Below are positions 26,947 to 36,923 of a stretch of DNA of 64,000 nt, one piece after another. Within the stretch, counting starts at the first letter, position 1. The number at the start of each line of letters is the position of its first letter. The position numbers and the translations under genes are program-made. The DNA comes from an uncultured virus (IMG/VR IMGVR_UViG_3300020446_000005). Its lineage: Duplodnaviria; Heunggongvirae; Uroviricota; Caudoviricetes. The stretch is taken from IMG/VR virus record IMGVR_UViG_3300020446_000005, one strand, 5' to 3'. The notes beneath the pieces were generated by a model that was not told the origin of the DNA, did no database searches, and saw only the letters and a program-made list of their open reading frames with translations.

Positions 26947-27432
26947 ATGGGTAGAAATTCTCCGCCACCCCCACAGATAATATATCCACCAGCTGCTCCA
27001 CCACCAGCTCCAACTACTCAAGTGCCTTCACAATCCCTTGCTACCCAAACAGCTTTAAATGAAGTTAGTGGAAAGCAGACAAGATTGAATATGGAACTTG
27101 GTGCTCAGTTAGATAGAACTAATGCAGATTTCTTTGCTACTCAAGATATTAGAAGAGGCCAAGCTACTGCAGCAGAAAATCGTTTAACTATTGATAAAGC
27201 AGGAGAAGATCAACGTAAGACTATAAGAACAACAGGCCAAGAAACTCGTGCTGAGATAGGTGAAACTGGTCTTCAATATAGAAGAGGATTAGAGACTGCA
27301 GGAGAGCAGGATAGAGCGTTGACAAGAGAGACTGGAAAAGAAACTCGAACAACAGAGTTGCAAAGAGAGATGTTTAGACGCTATAAAGAAAATAGAGATT
27401 ACGAACAGGCTCAGAGCCAATATAGAACATGA
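26947..27432 (+). CDS. Putative virion protein with Pro-rich N-terminus and degenerate 11-aa repeats
   Basis: AGEDQRKTIRT / TGQETRAEIGE / TGLQYRRGLET / AGEQDRALTRE / TGKETR. Confidence 0.7.
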   Translation: MGRNSPPPPQIIYPPAAPPPAPTTQVPSQSLATQTALNEVSGKQTRLNMELGAQLDRTNADFFATQDIRRGQATAAENRLTIDKAGEDQRKTIRTTGQETRAEIGETGLQYRRGLETAGEQDRALTRETGKETRTTELQREMFRRYKENRDYEQAQSQYRT

Positions 27433-27914
27433 AGAAATGGATTCAGACTTTATCTAATAAAGATCGCGAATCCTTTCTTGAATTTTGTAAAAAAGCTAGT
27501 TCTCCAATACAGATATATTTATTTGCCCGATTTTTAGGTTTTCAAGGGACGGTAGTGGAATGTAATGAGTGGTCGATAAAAGAATTTAAAAAACGTAATT
27601 TTAATGAAGTTTTAGAATCTGAAATAGATAATATGAGAGTTGATATAAGTAAACTTCGTGATGCTATTGATATGGGAATTGTAAAACAAGATATGGGTGC
27701 TGCAAGAATTGCTATGCTACAAAAAGAGTTGAGAGGAGCTATTAAACAAATAGAAGATAAAAAAATCTTACAAGATAAACAAGGTTTAATTCTTGCAGGT
27801 GCAGATAGAGCATTGAGAGAAATGCTTTCTATTTTTAGAGATGATCCAATAGAAGGTCCTTTACAGGAAGCATCGATGGGAGTCTGGACAAAAATCTTAC
27901 AGGAGGAATCTTAA
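27429..27914 (+). CDS. Helical protein, candidate terminase small subunit
   Basis: Size, coiled-coil core and position upstream of terL; no diagnostic motif. Confidence 0.4.
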   Translation: MKKWIQTLSNKDRESFLEFCKKASSPIQIYLFARFLGFQGTVVECNEWSIKEFKKRNFNEVLESEIDNMRVDISKLRDAIDMGIVKQDMGAARIAMLQKELRGAIKQIEDKKILQDKQGLILAGADRALREMLSIFRDDPIEGPLQEASMGVWTKILQEES

Positions 27915-28513
27915 TGTTAAATAGAATTATTGTTATTGATGATTTTATAGATAAAAATTATCAGGAACAAATTAAAAATACTTTAATGGGAGAGGAGACA
28001 TTTAATGACTTTGATTTTCCTTGGTTTTACAATGATGATGTAACAGAAGCTTTTCAAGAAGGTAATCAAGGTAGACCATGTTTATCTCACGTTTATTTAG
28101 AATATGGAGAGGATGAAGAGAGTTATGTAAATAGTGAATTTCATGATTTTTTTATGCCTTTATTAAATAGGGCAGCATTTAGATTACAGCAACGAGAAGC
28201 TTTACCATTGCAGGGTAGATCTTTTTTACAATTTCCGTTAAATTTAGAATATAAAGATCTTGATACACCTCATTTAGATATCGATGATAGGGATGATTAT
28301 TACATCGTTTTATATTACGTATGTGATAGTGATGGTGATACAGTTATTTTTAATGAAACCGTAGAATCAGAAAGATATACCGTAAAACAACGTGTATCTC
28401 CTAAGCAAGGACGGGTTGTAATTTTTGATGGTAGTTTAATGCATACGGCACAACAACCCAAAGATAATGTTCGATGTGTTGTTAACTACAATTTAGAGTA
28501 TGGCCGGTACTAG
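27914..28513 (+). CDS. 2OG-Fe(II) oxygenase
   Basis: TPHLD, LYYVCDSDGDT, PKQGRVVIFDG, MH, R-x-V-x-N. Confidence 0.9.
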   Translation: MLNRIIVIDDFIDKNYQEQIKNTLMGEETFNDFDFPWFYNDDVTEAFQEGNQGRPCLSHVYLEYGEDEESYVNSEFHDFFMPLLNRAAFRLQQREALPLQGRSFLQFPLNLEYKDLDTPHLDIDDRDDYYIVLYYVCDSDGDTVIFNETVESERYTVKQRVSPKQGRVVIFDGSLMHTAQQPKDNVRCVVNYNLEYGRY

Positions 28514-30023
28514 TATTTATAGCGTTTATAGACGCACAGCTAGGGCAGCTGCAAAACAACAAGTAGTAAAAAAAACATCTAGTGTTGACGTAGAAAAGGC
28601 TAGAAAAAATTTTGCATATTTTTGTGATGTTGTAGGGGGAAAACCTCCAGCCAGGCACCATAAAGAATGGCATAAATATTTATGTACAGGTGACGATAGT
28701 GTTTGTTTAAGAGGAATTGCAGGACCTAACATTGATATTCTTGCTCCTAGAGGATCAGCAAAATCTACAGTTCTAGGTTTGTATACAGCATGGGCAATAG
28801 GTGTTCATGCAATGCAAAAACTACCTTTAAAAATTTTATATATTTCTTACACAGTTGATGTAGCTAGACCAAAAAGTGCAGCGATTAAAAGAATTATAGA
28901 TGAGAATAAAATATACAAAGAAATCTTCCCAAAAGTTAAAATAGCTAAAGGAATAAATTCAAATGAATATTGGAGTATAGATTGGAAATTTGCAGGAATT
29001 AAATCTACAGGTGAAGAAGAATTTAGTGTTTGTTGTGCAGGACTAAAAGGTGCGGTTACATCTAAAAGATCACATCTCTGTATTATTGATGACGCTATCA
29101 AAAGTTCTGATGATATTAAAAATAAAGATATAAGACAGGCTATGGAAGATAACTGGAATGCGGTTATTGTTCCTACAATGTTTGAAGGTGCTAGAGCTAT
29201 ATGTTTAGGTACAAGATTTCGACATGATGATATTCACGCAAGAGCTTTCTTACCAGCCAATGGTTGGAAACAAATAGTACAATCTGCAATAACTGTAGAC
29301 AAAGAAGGAGAAGAGATATCTTATTGGCCTGATATGTGGAGTTTAGATTATTTAAAAGATAGAAGAAGAATAGCTCCTGTTGCATTTAGTTTTCAATATC
29401 AAAATCAAATTGTACAAACTAGTGAATTATCTTTATCTCCAGACTTAATTGTCAAAGGAGAAATATCAACAAGTTTTGACGCTTTAGGAGTTGGTGTTGA
29501 TTTATCTGCAGGAGTCAGAGAAAGAAACGATTATACAGTTTTTGTAATGGGAGGAAGAGTAAAAGATAAAATTCACATTGTTGATTGTAAAAGAGTAAGA
29601 GTTATGGGTAATTTAGAAAAATTAGATCTTTTGATGGAAATGATGGAGGAATGGGGTGTTATTCATCGAGATGGTAAAAATTTATTTCCTACAGGTACTT
29701 CGCTACATATATGGTCAGAAGCAGTTGCATATCAGGCATCTTTAGAAGCAGATTTTAAAAGGATATGTCAAACGGAACAAGGATTATATAATTTAATCTG
29801 GCATCCCGTCAAAGGATTTCGCGGAGACAAAGTTGCACGTTTTAGGGGGATTATGGGACTATTTGAGCAAAGAAAAATAATTTTTAATAAATATAGAAAG
29901 TTTGGAGCTCTTACAGATGAGATAGTAAATTTTGGGGTTAGCTCACATGATGATTGCGTAGATGCTTTAGTTTGGCTATGTAATGGGTTAATGACTCGCG
30001 GAAAACTTGAGTTAGAGTATTGA
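28500..30023 (+). CDS. terL: Terminase large subunit
   Basis: APRGSAKST Walker A, IIDD Walker B, GTRF, GVDL, HDDCVDA nuclease motif. Confidence 0.93.
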   Translation: MAGTSIYSVYRRTARAAAKQQVVKKTSSVDVEKARKNFAYFCDVVGGKPPARHHKEWHKYLCTGDDSVCLRGIAGPNIDILAPRGSAKSTVLGLYTAWAIGVHAMQKLPLKILYISYTVDVARPKSAAIKRIIDENKIYKEIFPKVKIAKGINSNEYWSIDWKFAGIKSTGEEEFSVCCAGLKGAVTSKRSHLCIIDDAIKSSDDIKNKDIRQAMEDNWNAVIVPTMFEGARAICLGTRFRHDDIHARAFLPANGWKQIVQSAITVDKEGEEISYWPDMWSLDYLKDRRRIAPVAFSFQYQNQIVQTSELSLSPDLIVKGEISTSFDALGVGVDLSAGVRERNDYTVFVMGGRVKDKIHIVDCKRVRVMGNLEKLDLLMEMMEEWGVIHRDGKNLFPTGTSLHIWSEAVAYQASLEADFKRICQTEQGLYNLIWHPVKGFRGDKVARFRGIMGLFEQRKIIFNKYRKFGALTDEIVNFGVSSHDDCVDALVWLCNGLMTRGKLELEY

Positions 30024-30047
30024 GGATTTAAACTAGAAGTATTAACA

Positions 30048-30233
30048 ATGTCACAACCTTCTTTTTACAAACTTGAACTAGAGCAAGACGCTTATGGTTC
30101 AGCAGTGATTTCATTACCTGATGAGCTATGTCACGACATGGCACTTCAACCAAACGAAAGATTTGATGTTGAGGTAGAGGGAGATGTTATGACTTTTAAA
30201 CGACTACATGCTGGTTATGACATTGACAAGTAA
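30048..30233 (+). CDS. AbrB/MazE-like DNA-binding protein
   Basis: GSAVISLPDELCHDMALQPNERFDVEVEG. Confidence 0.75.
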   Translation: MSQPSFYKLELEQDAYGSAVISLPDELCHDMALQPNERFDVEVEGDVMTFKRLHAGYDIDK

Positions 30234-30249
30234 CAGAGGGACTTAATTA

Positions 30250-32505
30250 ATGGCCGAAAGTAATAGTAAATCTGTAGTAGATGACATGATTAGATCTGTC
30301 ATCACTCGTGATGGAAAAGGAACAGCCGACACTATGTTGATCAGTTCTCATCTATCCCAGATGAAGATGTTTGGAATAAGACAGGGAGTTGAGTTCTATC
30401 CACAACAAGATAATTTCGGAACACAAAGATTTGATTTTATACAAGAGGTAATTAAATTTAATCAATTAGATGCAAGATTAGATGCCATATGGGATAGATT
30501 TTTAGCTTACGGAAAAGGATTATTTTATATAAGACCTACAAAAAAATCTTATAGAATTTATTGGTTTAATAAAGATTCTTATAGAACATATTATTCTCCA
30601 GAAGGTGAACTGGAAGAAGTAATTATTATTTACGGATACAAAGTAAGATCTTCTAAAGGTTTTGCTGGCGTTGGTTTAAATACAGACAAAAGATATATGA
30701 GATTAAAAATTACTGCTACAGAAATAGAAGAATATCATAGTGAACAAGAATTAAATTTTGATCAAGAAAATACAAATTTTGCAGCTTTTGATAAAAAAGT
30801 TGTAGAAAATACTATGGAGTTTATTCCATGTGTTGAAGTATTCAATAATCCGGATGCTTTTGGTACTGATGGGTCAGGAGAGTTTGATTTTATATCTAAT
30901 CAAATAGCTGCTCATGATGAGATGGTAAAAAATATTAGAGCAAATTTATCATTCTTTGGTAATCCAACTCTTCTCTCTTCTAGACCTAAACAAGACATTG
31001 TAGAAAGCGATTCTGATACAGCACAAAGGCCAAGTATATCCAGTCAATCTGGTTTTGGTTCTAATGTTGATTTATTTAGTTCTACATATAAGCAAGATCC
31101 TATAACTAGACAACAGCCTGGCTATTCAGGACGGCCAGGTAGTGGTATGAGAGTACCTAGAGTCATAGCAAACTTAGAACCTTCTGATCGAGTTGGATTT
31201 ATAACTCCTAATGCAGTCAGTTCTGATCAGGCAAGATTTTCTGAACAATTAAGAAGTGAAATTAGATTAGCTTTAGGTGGTATAGATGATTTAAGTATTA
31301 CAAACGTAACTGCCACAGAAATTAAATCAGCATATGGTCGTGTAAGTGCAACTGCAAAGAAAAAATGTTTGCAAATTTATCAATATGGAATCTGTAAAAT
31401 TTTCGAATTAATTATTTTTCAGGAAGAACAAATTTTTAGAAAATCATTGGCATTTTCTTCAGGAATAGAATATCCAAAATTACCAGAAAATATAGAAGAT
31501 CCAAAAGTTTTACAAAAATATGAAAAGCAAAAAATTAAATATGAACAAAAACTTCAACAAGCTATTGATGTTGCTATCGAAACCAAGACAATTCCAGATG
31601 GTGTATTAGGACTAGCACCTGATGGAGATAGAACTGTTTTATGGAGATGGATGGGTCCTGTTTATGAAGATACAACTCAAGATAAAGTTAATTCTTCAAT
31701 ATTTACACGTAACTTACAAGAATTGGGGGTTGATAGTATAGAAGCACTGAAGTACTTATTTCCTTCGAAAACGGACGATGAAGTTGCAGCGATGCTTTCG
31801 GGTTATCCGTTTAGAATGGTAGGTGAAGTACAAAGGGCATATTCCGCATTTATTGACTTAATAAATCAGGAAATGCGAACCCCACATCCTCAGCAGCCTA
31901 ACTTACCGATGGCAGCTGACCCCAGATTGGATTTAACTCCATTCTTATATCGAACATTAGAAAGCTTACAAAAAGAGGTAACTTATGCAGGACGCTACCG
32001 CTCAGCAGACCCAATCAGCACCCCAAGTATCCCAGACCCAGCAGAGCAGCTACGTGGCTCCTCAGACAGCAGCCCAAGCTCCTTCCGTGGCAACTTCCCC
32101 ACAATGGGTGGCACCAACAACCCAACAGGTGGCACCAGCACCACAAGTGCAAGCCCAGATGGGGGTACAGGGGTACCAATCAACCCCTACTCAATATCAG
32201 CCCCAGCAACAGCAGGCAACTCCACAAGCGGAGAACCCATACAAGGACGCATTCAACAGGGTAGTGGGGCTCCTGAGTTCACCAGTCCAATTCCCGTCCC
32301 TGGGTCAACAGTCGACAGTGAATCCAGCAGCAGACCAGGCCAATTACGGATACCAACAAACAACCCCATACAACAATCCGGCTCAGCAGACTTATACGCC
32401 TTCGAACAACAACAACCAGGCATACTCCAACAATTATTCCCAAACTTCTCAGGAGATAACACAGGATCAGCTCCTAGCCAACGGGGTAAGTCCAGAAAGT
32501 CTTGA
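30250..32505 (+). CDS. Portal protein with long disordered C-terminal extension
   Basis: Position after terL; size; LAYGKG, IPCVEVFNN, GSGEFD, TATEI portal-like motifs. Confidence 0.75.
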   Translation: MAESNSKSVVDDMIRSVITRDGKGTADTMLISSHLSQMKMFGIRQGVEFYPQQDNFGTQRFDFIQEVIKFNQLDARLDAIWDRFLAYGKGLFYIRPTKKSYRIYWFNKDSYRTYYSPEGELEEVIIIYGYKVRSSKGFAGVGLNTDKRYMRLKITATEIEEYHSEQELNFDQENTNFAAFDKKVVENTMEFIPCVEVFNNPDAFGTDGSGEFDFISNQIAAHDEMVKNIRANLSFFGNPTLLSSRPKQDIVESDSDTAQRPSISSQSGFGSNVDLFSSTYKQDPITRQQPGYSGRPGSGMRVPRVIANLEPSDRVGFITPNAVSSDQARFSEQLRSEIRLALGGIDDLSITNVTATEIKSAYGRVSATAKKKCLQIYQYGICKIFELIIFQEEQIFRKSLAFSSGIEYPKLPENIEDPKVLQKYEKQKIKYEQKLQQAIDVAIETKTIPDGVLGLAPDGDRTVLWRWMGPVYEDTTQDKVNSSIFTRNLQELGVDSIEALKYLFPSKTDDEVAAMLSGYPFRMVGEVQRAYSAFIDLINQEMRTPHPQQPNLPMAADPRLDLTPFLYRTLESLQKEVTYAGRYRSADPISTPSIPDPAEQLRGSSDSSPSSFRGNFPTMGGTNNPTGGTSTTSASPDGGTGVPINPYSISAPATAGNSTSGEPIQGRIQQGSGAPEFTSPIPVPGSTVDSESSSRPGQLRIPTNNPIQQSGSADLYAFEQQQPGILQQLFPNFSGDNTGSAPSQRGKSRKS

Positions 32506-33001
32506 AGTAATTGATCATTTTGGTGCTGATGCTCCGGCAGTTTTAAATAACTATGCTTGTCAGATTGAAGACGCATTAATTCAGACAAATAGCCAACTAC
32601 AAGAAGCAGTTAACTTATTACAGGAAATGTCTACAGAGCATAAAGCTTACGAGACAATTCTTACAGATCCAGACGTTCTAGCTGATTACACATGTGAGTT
32701 CTTTGGAGAGAATGGTCCTTATCCAGTAGAGGATGATGCACCAGCATATCCACAGGCTCCTACATTCGCAGGTCAGCAAGTTCCTAATCCAGCTGCTGCA
32801 CAAGGTCAGGCACAAGCACAAGCTCCTGCAAGACCTCAAATGCCTGTTCCTCCACAACCACAAGCTCCTGCTAATTCAGAAGATTTCTGGAAGGACTTTG
32901 GTGGAGCTGCAGACCGTGACCCACAGAACGCATGGAGATATTTAAATGCTGCACAGCAAAACCCACAAGTGTTCCGCGAGAAACTTCTCGTAATGGAATA
33001 A
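31985..33001 (+). CDS. Putative capsid scaffolding protein (Gln/Pro-rich)
   Basis: GAGGT SD at 31975; disordered plus coiled coil; between portal and capsid. Confidence 0.65.
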   Translation: MQDATAQQTQSAPQVSQTQQSSYVAPQTAAQAPSVATSPQWVAPTTQQVAPAPQVQAQMGVQGYQSTPTQYQPQQQQATPQAENPYKDAFNRVVGLLSSPVQFPSLGQQSTVNPAADQANYGYQQTTPYNNPAQQTYTPSNNNNQAYSNNYSQTSQEITQDQLLANGVSPESLEVIDHFGADAPAVLNNYACQIEDALIQTNSQLQEAVNLLQEMSTEHKAYETILTDPDVLADYTCEFFGENGPYPVEDDAPAYPQAPTFAGQQVPNPAAAQGQAQAQAPARPQMPVPPQPQAPANSEDFWKDFGGAADRDPQNAWRYLNAAQQNPQVFREKLLVME

Positions 33002-33009
33002 TAAAAAAA

Positions 33010-33040
33010 GGGGTGATTTTTAAAAATTTCACCCCATTTT
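33010..33040 (+). terminator. Hairpin terminator, possibly bidirectional
   Basis: GGGGTGA...TCACCCC flanked by A and T runs. Confidence 0.6.
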
Positions 33041-33050
33041 ACTTTTAATT

Positions 33051-33479
33051 ATGAAAAAGAAAAAAGCTAGTACTACTCAAAGAGCAGATCAATTTTTACA
33101 AGCTATAGGAACTGCAGGTGGTCCTATAGGATCTCCTCAATTAGTTGGTTTCGGAGGTACAGATGTACAAAGTCAATTAGCTTCAGGAAATAGAGATGAA
33201 TATGAAAGTATAAGAATGCGTCAAGGAGATACTAGAGTTGTTGAAGGTGCAAAGATGCCATCTGATTTAGATGCTTCTTATTTAAAATTAAATTTACCAG
33301 GATCTCCATTACCAGCTAATGGTTTATTAGCTCCGCAAAATATGGTAGCTGCTGAAAGAAATCAAGATTTTATTAGAAGCCAAGAGCAGATGTTTTTATC
33401 ACAATATTTACCTGCAGCCGGTTTAAGTCAACTACCTGTAGGTCAGCCCCCTTTAGAATCTAATAAAGGTAAAAAATAA
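33051..33479 (+). CDS. Hypothetical virion protein with FL motif
   Basis: QRADQFLQAI. Confidence 0.7.
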   Translation: MKKKKASTTQRADQFLQAIGTAGGPIGSPQLVGFGGTDVQSQLASGNRDEYESIRMRQGDTRVVEGAKMPSDLDASYLKLNLPGSPLPANGLLAPQNMVAAERNQDFIRSQEQMFLSQYLPAAGLSQLPVGQPPLESNKGKK

Positions 33480-33755
33480 ATGGATTTAAAAAAAGCAAAA
33501 AAAGCCAAAATGATGGCAAAAGATTTTCTTAATGACGTAGCCATTGAAGATCGTGAAGATGAAATGGATGAATTAGAAAATCGTTTAGATGTTTTACAGA
33601 GTGAAATAGATAGATTATCAACACCAGATTTACAACCCGAAGATGGATATGTTACTCCTATGCATAGAATAGGTGTTGTTCCTTCAGCTACATATTCTTT
33701 AGGTAATCAACTAGATGGATATAGCTCTCGCGTAGAAGATAACGTAATTATTTAG
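33480..33755 (+). CDS. Hypothetical protein with FL motif and coiled coil
   Basis: AKDFLNDV. Confidence 0.7.
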   Translation: MDLKKAKKAKMMAKDFLNDVAIEDREDEMDELENRLDVLQSEIDRLSTPDLQPEDGYVTPMHRIGVVPSATYSLGNQLDGYSSRVEDNVII

Positions 33756-33876
33756 ACAAAACTTATATAATCTCGTTTATTAAGGGTAAGTATAATTGTA
33801 CTTAATGGAATTTACTTTCCAGTTTCAAGGACACAATTTAGTGTTCGCTATCAGCAAACCTAGCTGAAATTCTAAA

Positions 33877-35022
33877 ATGTTTATAGATAACGATTTTCCG
33901 AAGCTGCTGGGTGCCGAGTTATATAGACCACATCCTGCGTATATCGTAGAGATGGCGACAGAGCCAGTGGTTGTACATGACTTCACCAAGCAGCCAGGTC
34001 AGACCGTTCAGTTAGACCGCTACCGTTTCTTTGGCAATCCTGGAACTAAGACCTCTAGAGAGAGGACTCAGGATCAGACAATTGGCACAGCAAACAGCAG
34101 ATCTATCGTAAAGGACAAAGTACTTGTATCTCTTAGGGAATATACAGGTCCTGCTGACCCTAACAACACAAATCTACCTAGCACATTCAAAATTGCTAGA
34201 GAAACCCTAATGACAGCTCAGCGTCTGCTTCTTGACACTGGAAATTTAAATATTTTCCATCAGTCAATTGGTTCGTTGACCTTGTTAGACGATTACCGTA
34301 GATGGCGTGACAGAGTCTTCTTGGATGAACTATTCAAGACAGAATCTCGTGGTGCTTCATCTGATACTCAAGGTGGATATTACTATCCAAATACAAAGAC
34401 AAAAGCTAACTCAACAACATTGAATGCTTACAGTGCTACAGAATTTGCTTCTGAGCGTTTTAAGTTCAATGTAAAAACTGACCTTCTTGAGGTTGTTAAG
34501 AGTTTAAGAAAGCGTCACGTACCTGTATTCGCAGACGGATATTATCGTTGTATAGCAGATCCTTCATTTATGAAAGATCTAAGAGCCGATCAAGGCTTCC
34601 GTGAAGTAGCAAGATATCCAGGAATGGGACAAGGCAACCCTCTAATGGGTGCTATGGGTCCTAACCAAGCTATCTATGCTGGTGGACAGTATGGACAAGC
34701 TCAGTTCGTAGCTGGTGAACCAGTTATGCCTTCTGGATTCGTGTTTGAAGGTGTAAGATTCTTCGAATCTACAAACTTCCCATCTAAGACAATTACGGTC
34801 GATATTGGAGATGGAAACGGTGCTTCCTCAAGAACAACTCCTGCTGGACTATTCTTTGGTCCTCAGTCAATTGGTGTTGGTATTGGTGGTCCAAATGCTC
34901 AAGTACTCATTAATAACAATGACGACTTCAGCAGATTCATTATTCTCATCTGGCAGTTATATGCTGGTTTTGCGAACTTGAATAAGGACTTCGTTACAAC
35001 AGCCTTCACAATTACTGAATAA
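33877..35022 (+). CDS. Major capsid protein (HK97-fold inferred)
   Basis: 381 aa, follows scaffold, high-expression codon bias, PGQTVQLDRY E-loop-like and GVRFFESTN P-domain-like motifs. Confidence 0.8.
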   Translation: MFIDNDFPKLLGAELYRPHPAYIVEMATEPVVVHDFTKQPGQTVQLDRYRFFGNPGTKTSRERTQDQTIGTANSRSIVKDKVLVSLREYTGPADPNNTNLPSTFKIARETLMTAQRLLLDTGNLNIFHQSIGSLTLLDDYRRWRDRVFLDELFKTESRGASSDTQGGYYYPNTKTKANSTTLNAYSATEFASERFKFNVKTDLLEVVKSLRKRHVPVFADGYYRCIADPSFMKDLRADQGFREVARYPGMGQGNPLMGAMGPNQAIYAGGQYGQAQFVAGEPVMPSGFVFEGVRFFESTNFPSKTITVDIGDGNGASSRTTPAGLFFGPQSIGVGIGGPNAQVLINNNDDFSRFIILIWQLYAGFANLNKDFVTTAFTITE

Positions 35023-35037
35023 GGGAGGTATTTAACT

Positions 35038-35871
35038 ATGGCAACTTACAAAAGTGATGCTGGAGCTATCTTACAGCCCGGTAATCAGATAAATGCTTTA
35101 TCCGCTTTCAATACTGAAGGTGTTCATGGATGGCCAGGAATTGATCTTTTTGAGCAGATTGGTTTTATTAAAGTTTCTAATAAATCAGGAACTAAAGCCA
35201 GCTTCAAAAGTTTTGATATAACAATTCCTTCTCCCGATCGTCGTCCAGATGATCGTGTAAGAGATGATCGTACATCTCTTGTTGTAAAAGCAAGTACAGC
35301 ACGTCCTGCTTACGTATATCAGGCATCTTTAGCAATTGCTCAAGATATTCCTGCTGGTGGTCTTCCATCTTTTCCAGCTTCCCCAGTAACAGCTGATCTT
35401 CAGGGTACTAACGGAGAATTTCTTCTTTTAGGTCCTGACAATAGTGGTGCACCTTTTGGTGTTCCTTCTACACAGGCTAATGGTTTAGCTGCTGCTTCTT
35501 CCTTACTAGATATTGGTGCTTCCGGTATTGCTCAAGGAACAGGTAACACATCAACTGACGGCACTAACGATGGTATTGTTCCATTCTGGAGTGTTGTAAC
35601 AGGTGGTGGTATTACTGCAGCAAACGCAGCAAACTCAATGATGTTCAAGGTTACTGCTGACACAACCTTTAAGGTTTATAATGTCAACGGTATTACAGGA
35701 ACAGCTGTAAACGGTGACGGAGTATTTATCTCTGACACTGATTCTGATGAAGGTAGAGCTGCATATATTCTTTGCAGAATTAACTATCTTCGTGCATCAA
35801 GAGCTGTATCATGGAGCGATGTTCAAACTAATATTGACTTTGCTTCACAGCTAGGCGGAACAGATTCTTAA
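35038..35871 (+). CDS. Capsid decoration / minor capsid protein
   Basis: Directly after capsid gene with GGAGG SD; beta-rich; terminator follows. Confidence 0.6.
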   Translation: MATYKSDAGAILQPGNQINALSAFNTEGVHGWPGIDLFEQIGFIKVSNKSGTKASFKSFDITIPSPDRRPDDRVRDDRTSLVVKASTARPAYVYQASLAIAQDIPAGGLPSFPASPVTADLQGTNGEFLLLGPDNSGAPFGVPSTQANGLAAASSLLDIGASGIAQGTGNTSTDGTNDGIVPFWSVVTGGGITAANAANSMMFKVTADTTFKVYNVNGITGTAVNGDGVFISDTDSDEGRAAYILCRINYLRASRAVSWSDVQTNIDFASQLGGTDS

Positions 35872-35896
35872 TTTATATTTTTAAAATTATCTGGAA

Positions 35897-35921
35897 AGGC
35901 GAGTCTCTCGACTCGCTTTTT
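35897..35921 (+). terminator. Rho-independent terminator
   Basis: GCGAGTC-TCTC-GACTCGC then T run. Confidence 0.85.
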
Positions 35922-35975
35922 CATTGTCAATGAAAAATTCTTAAGGTAAGCTAAGTAGAGGATAAAAACTTAATT

Positions 35976-36416
35976 ATGATGTATCAAAACAAGATTACTG
36001 GTGGATTAGTTGAAAAAATATCGCAGCATGGTGAAGGTATTGTTATGGTTGTGAATGCAAACGATGAAGTTGATTATGTAAATGAGGATGATTTAATACC
36101 TTGTGTAGATAAAGCCACCGAAAAAATAAGAAATAAAGAAAGATTAAGTGCAGATTTAAAAGCTTCTGGAGATAAAGAGGGTAAAGTTTTAAATAAAGAG
36201 ACTTTTCCAGTTGACACTCGTTTAAATATAAATACTGCGAGTGCACGACAAATAGCTGATAGTTTGCCAGGGGTAGGTTTAAAAACTGCAAGAGATATAA
36301 AAGATTTACAAACTACCATGACAGGAGAAAAATATACAAAATTAGAACAATTGAGAAATATTAAACGTATTGATTGGGATACTATATTTAAAGAAAACTT
36401 AGTAAGAGTAGACTAA
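35976..36416 (+). CDS. Helix-hairpin-helix (ComEA-like) DNA-binding protein
   Basis: LNINTAS...LPGVGLKTARDI...LEQLRNI. Confidence 0.8.
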   Translation: MMYQNKITGGLVEKISQHGEGIVMVVNANDEVDYVNEDDLIPCVDKATEKIRNKERLSADLKASGDKEGKVLNKETFPVDTRLNINTASARQIADSLPGVGLKTARDIKDLQTTMTGEKYTKLEQLRNIKRIDWDTIFKENLVRVD

Positions 36417-36441
36417 TAGCAGGTATATTTTACTTGTTTGA

Positions 36442-36921
36442 ATGAAGCTTGACACATTTATACAGTCTAAAGTTCGTTGGCATCTAGGTTATAACTTAAC
36501 TTCTATACCTGCTGGTGACCAAGCCAGATTAGAGGAGGCTCTTAACAATGTACAGGACTCTTTTTGGGTGAGTAAAATTGTTGAACAATTAGGACGTTGT
36601 GACGAAGCAGAAAAGAGAACTGATATGACTGGAAGTATTAATAATAATACTTTACCAAGAAATAGAATTGAAAGTATTGCTGGAGATGTTGACCGTACCG
36701 TTGCTACTTCAGACTTTAGAGAAACTTTAAAAACTTGGACAGAAATTTATATTTATGAAACTGATAGATTAGCAATGCATTTATATGTTCCTAATTATCG
36801 TAATCCAGAACAAGCAAGATATAGATTTAACAGAGAAGGTGCAGAATTTATTCAAGCTTTACCTGGACCAGCAGATGTTGCTGTAGGCACCAGACTTTTA
36901 TTAGAATTAAATCATAGATAA
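36442..36921 (+). CDS. Putative head-tail adaptor
   Basis: Helical, VRWHLG; position downstream of capsid genes. Confidence 0.5.
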   Translation: MKLDTFIQSKVRWHLGYNLTSIPAGDQARLEEALNNVQDSFWVSKIVEQLGRCDEAEKRTDMTGSINNNTLPRNRIESIAGDVDRTVATSDFRETLKTWTEIYIYETDRLAMHLYVPNYRNPEQARYRFNREGAEFIQALPGPADVAVGTRLLLELNHR

Positions 36922-36923
36922 CA

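Noticed and set aside
35976..36416. PsbU photosystem II extrinsic protein
   Set aside because: Shares HhH-like fold but has the LPGVG DNA-binding hairpin and no signal peptide
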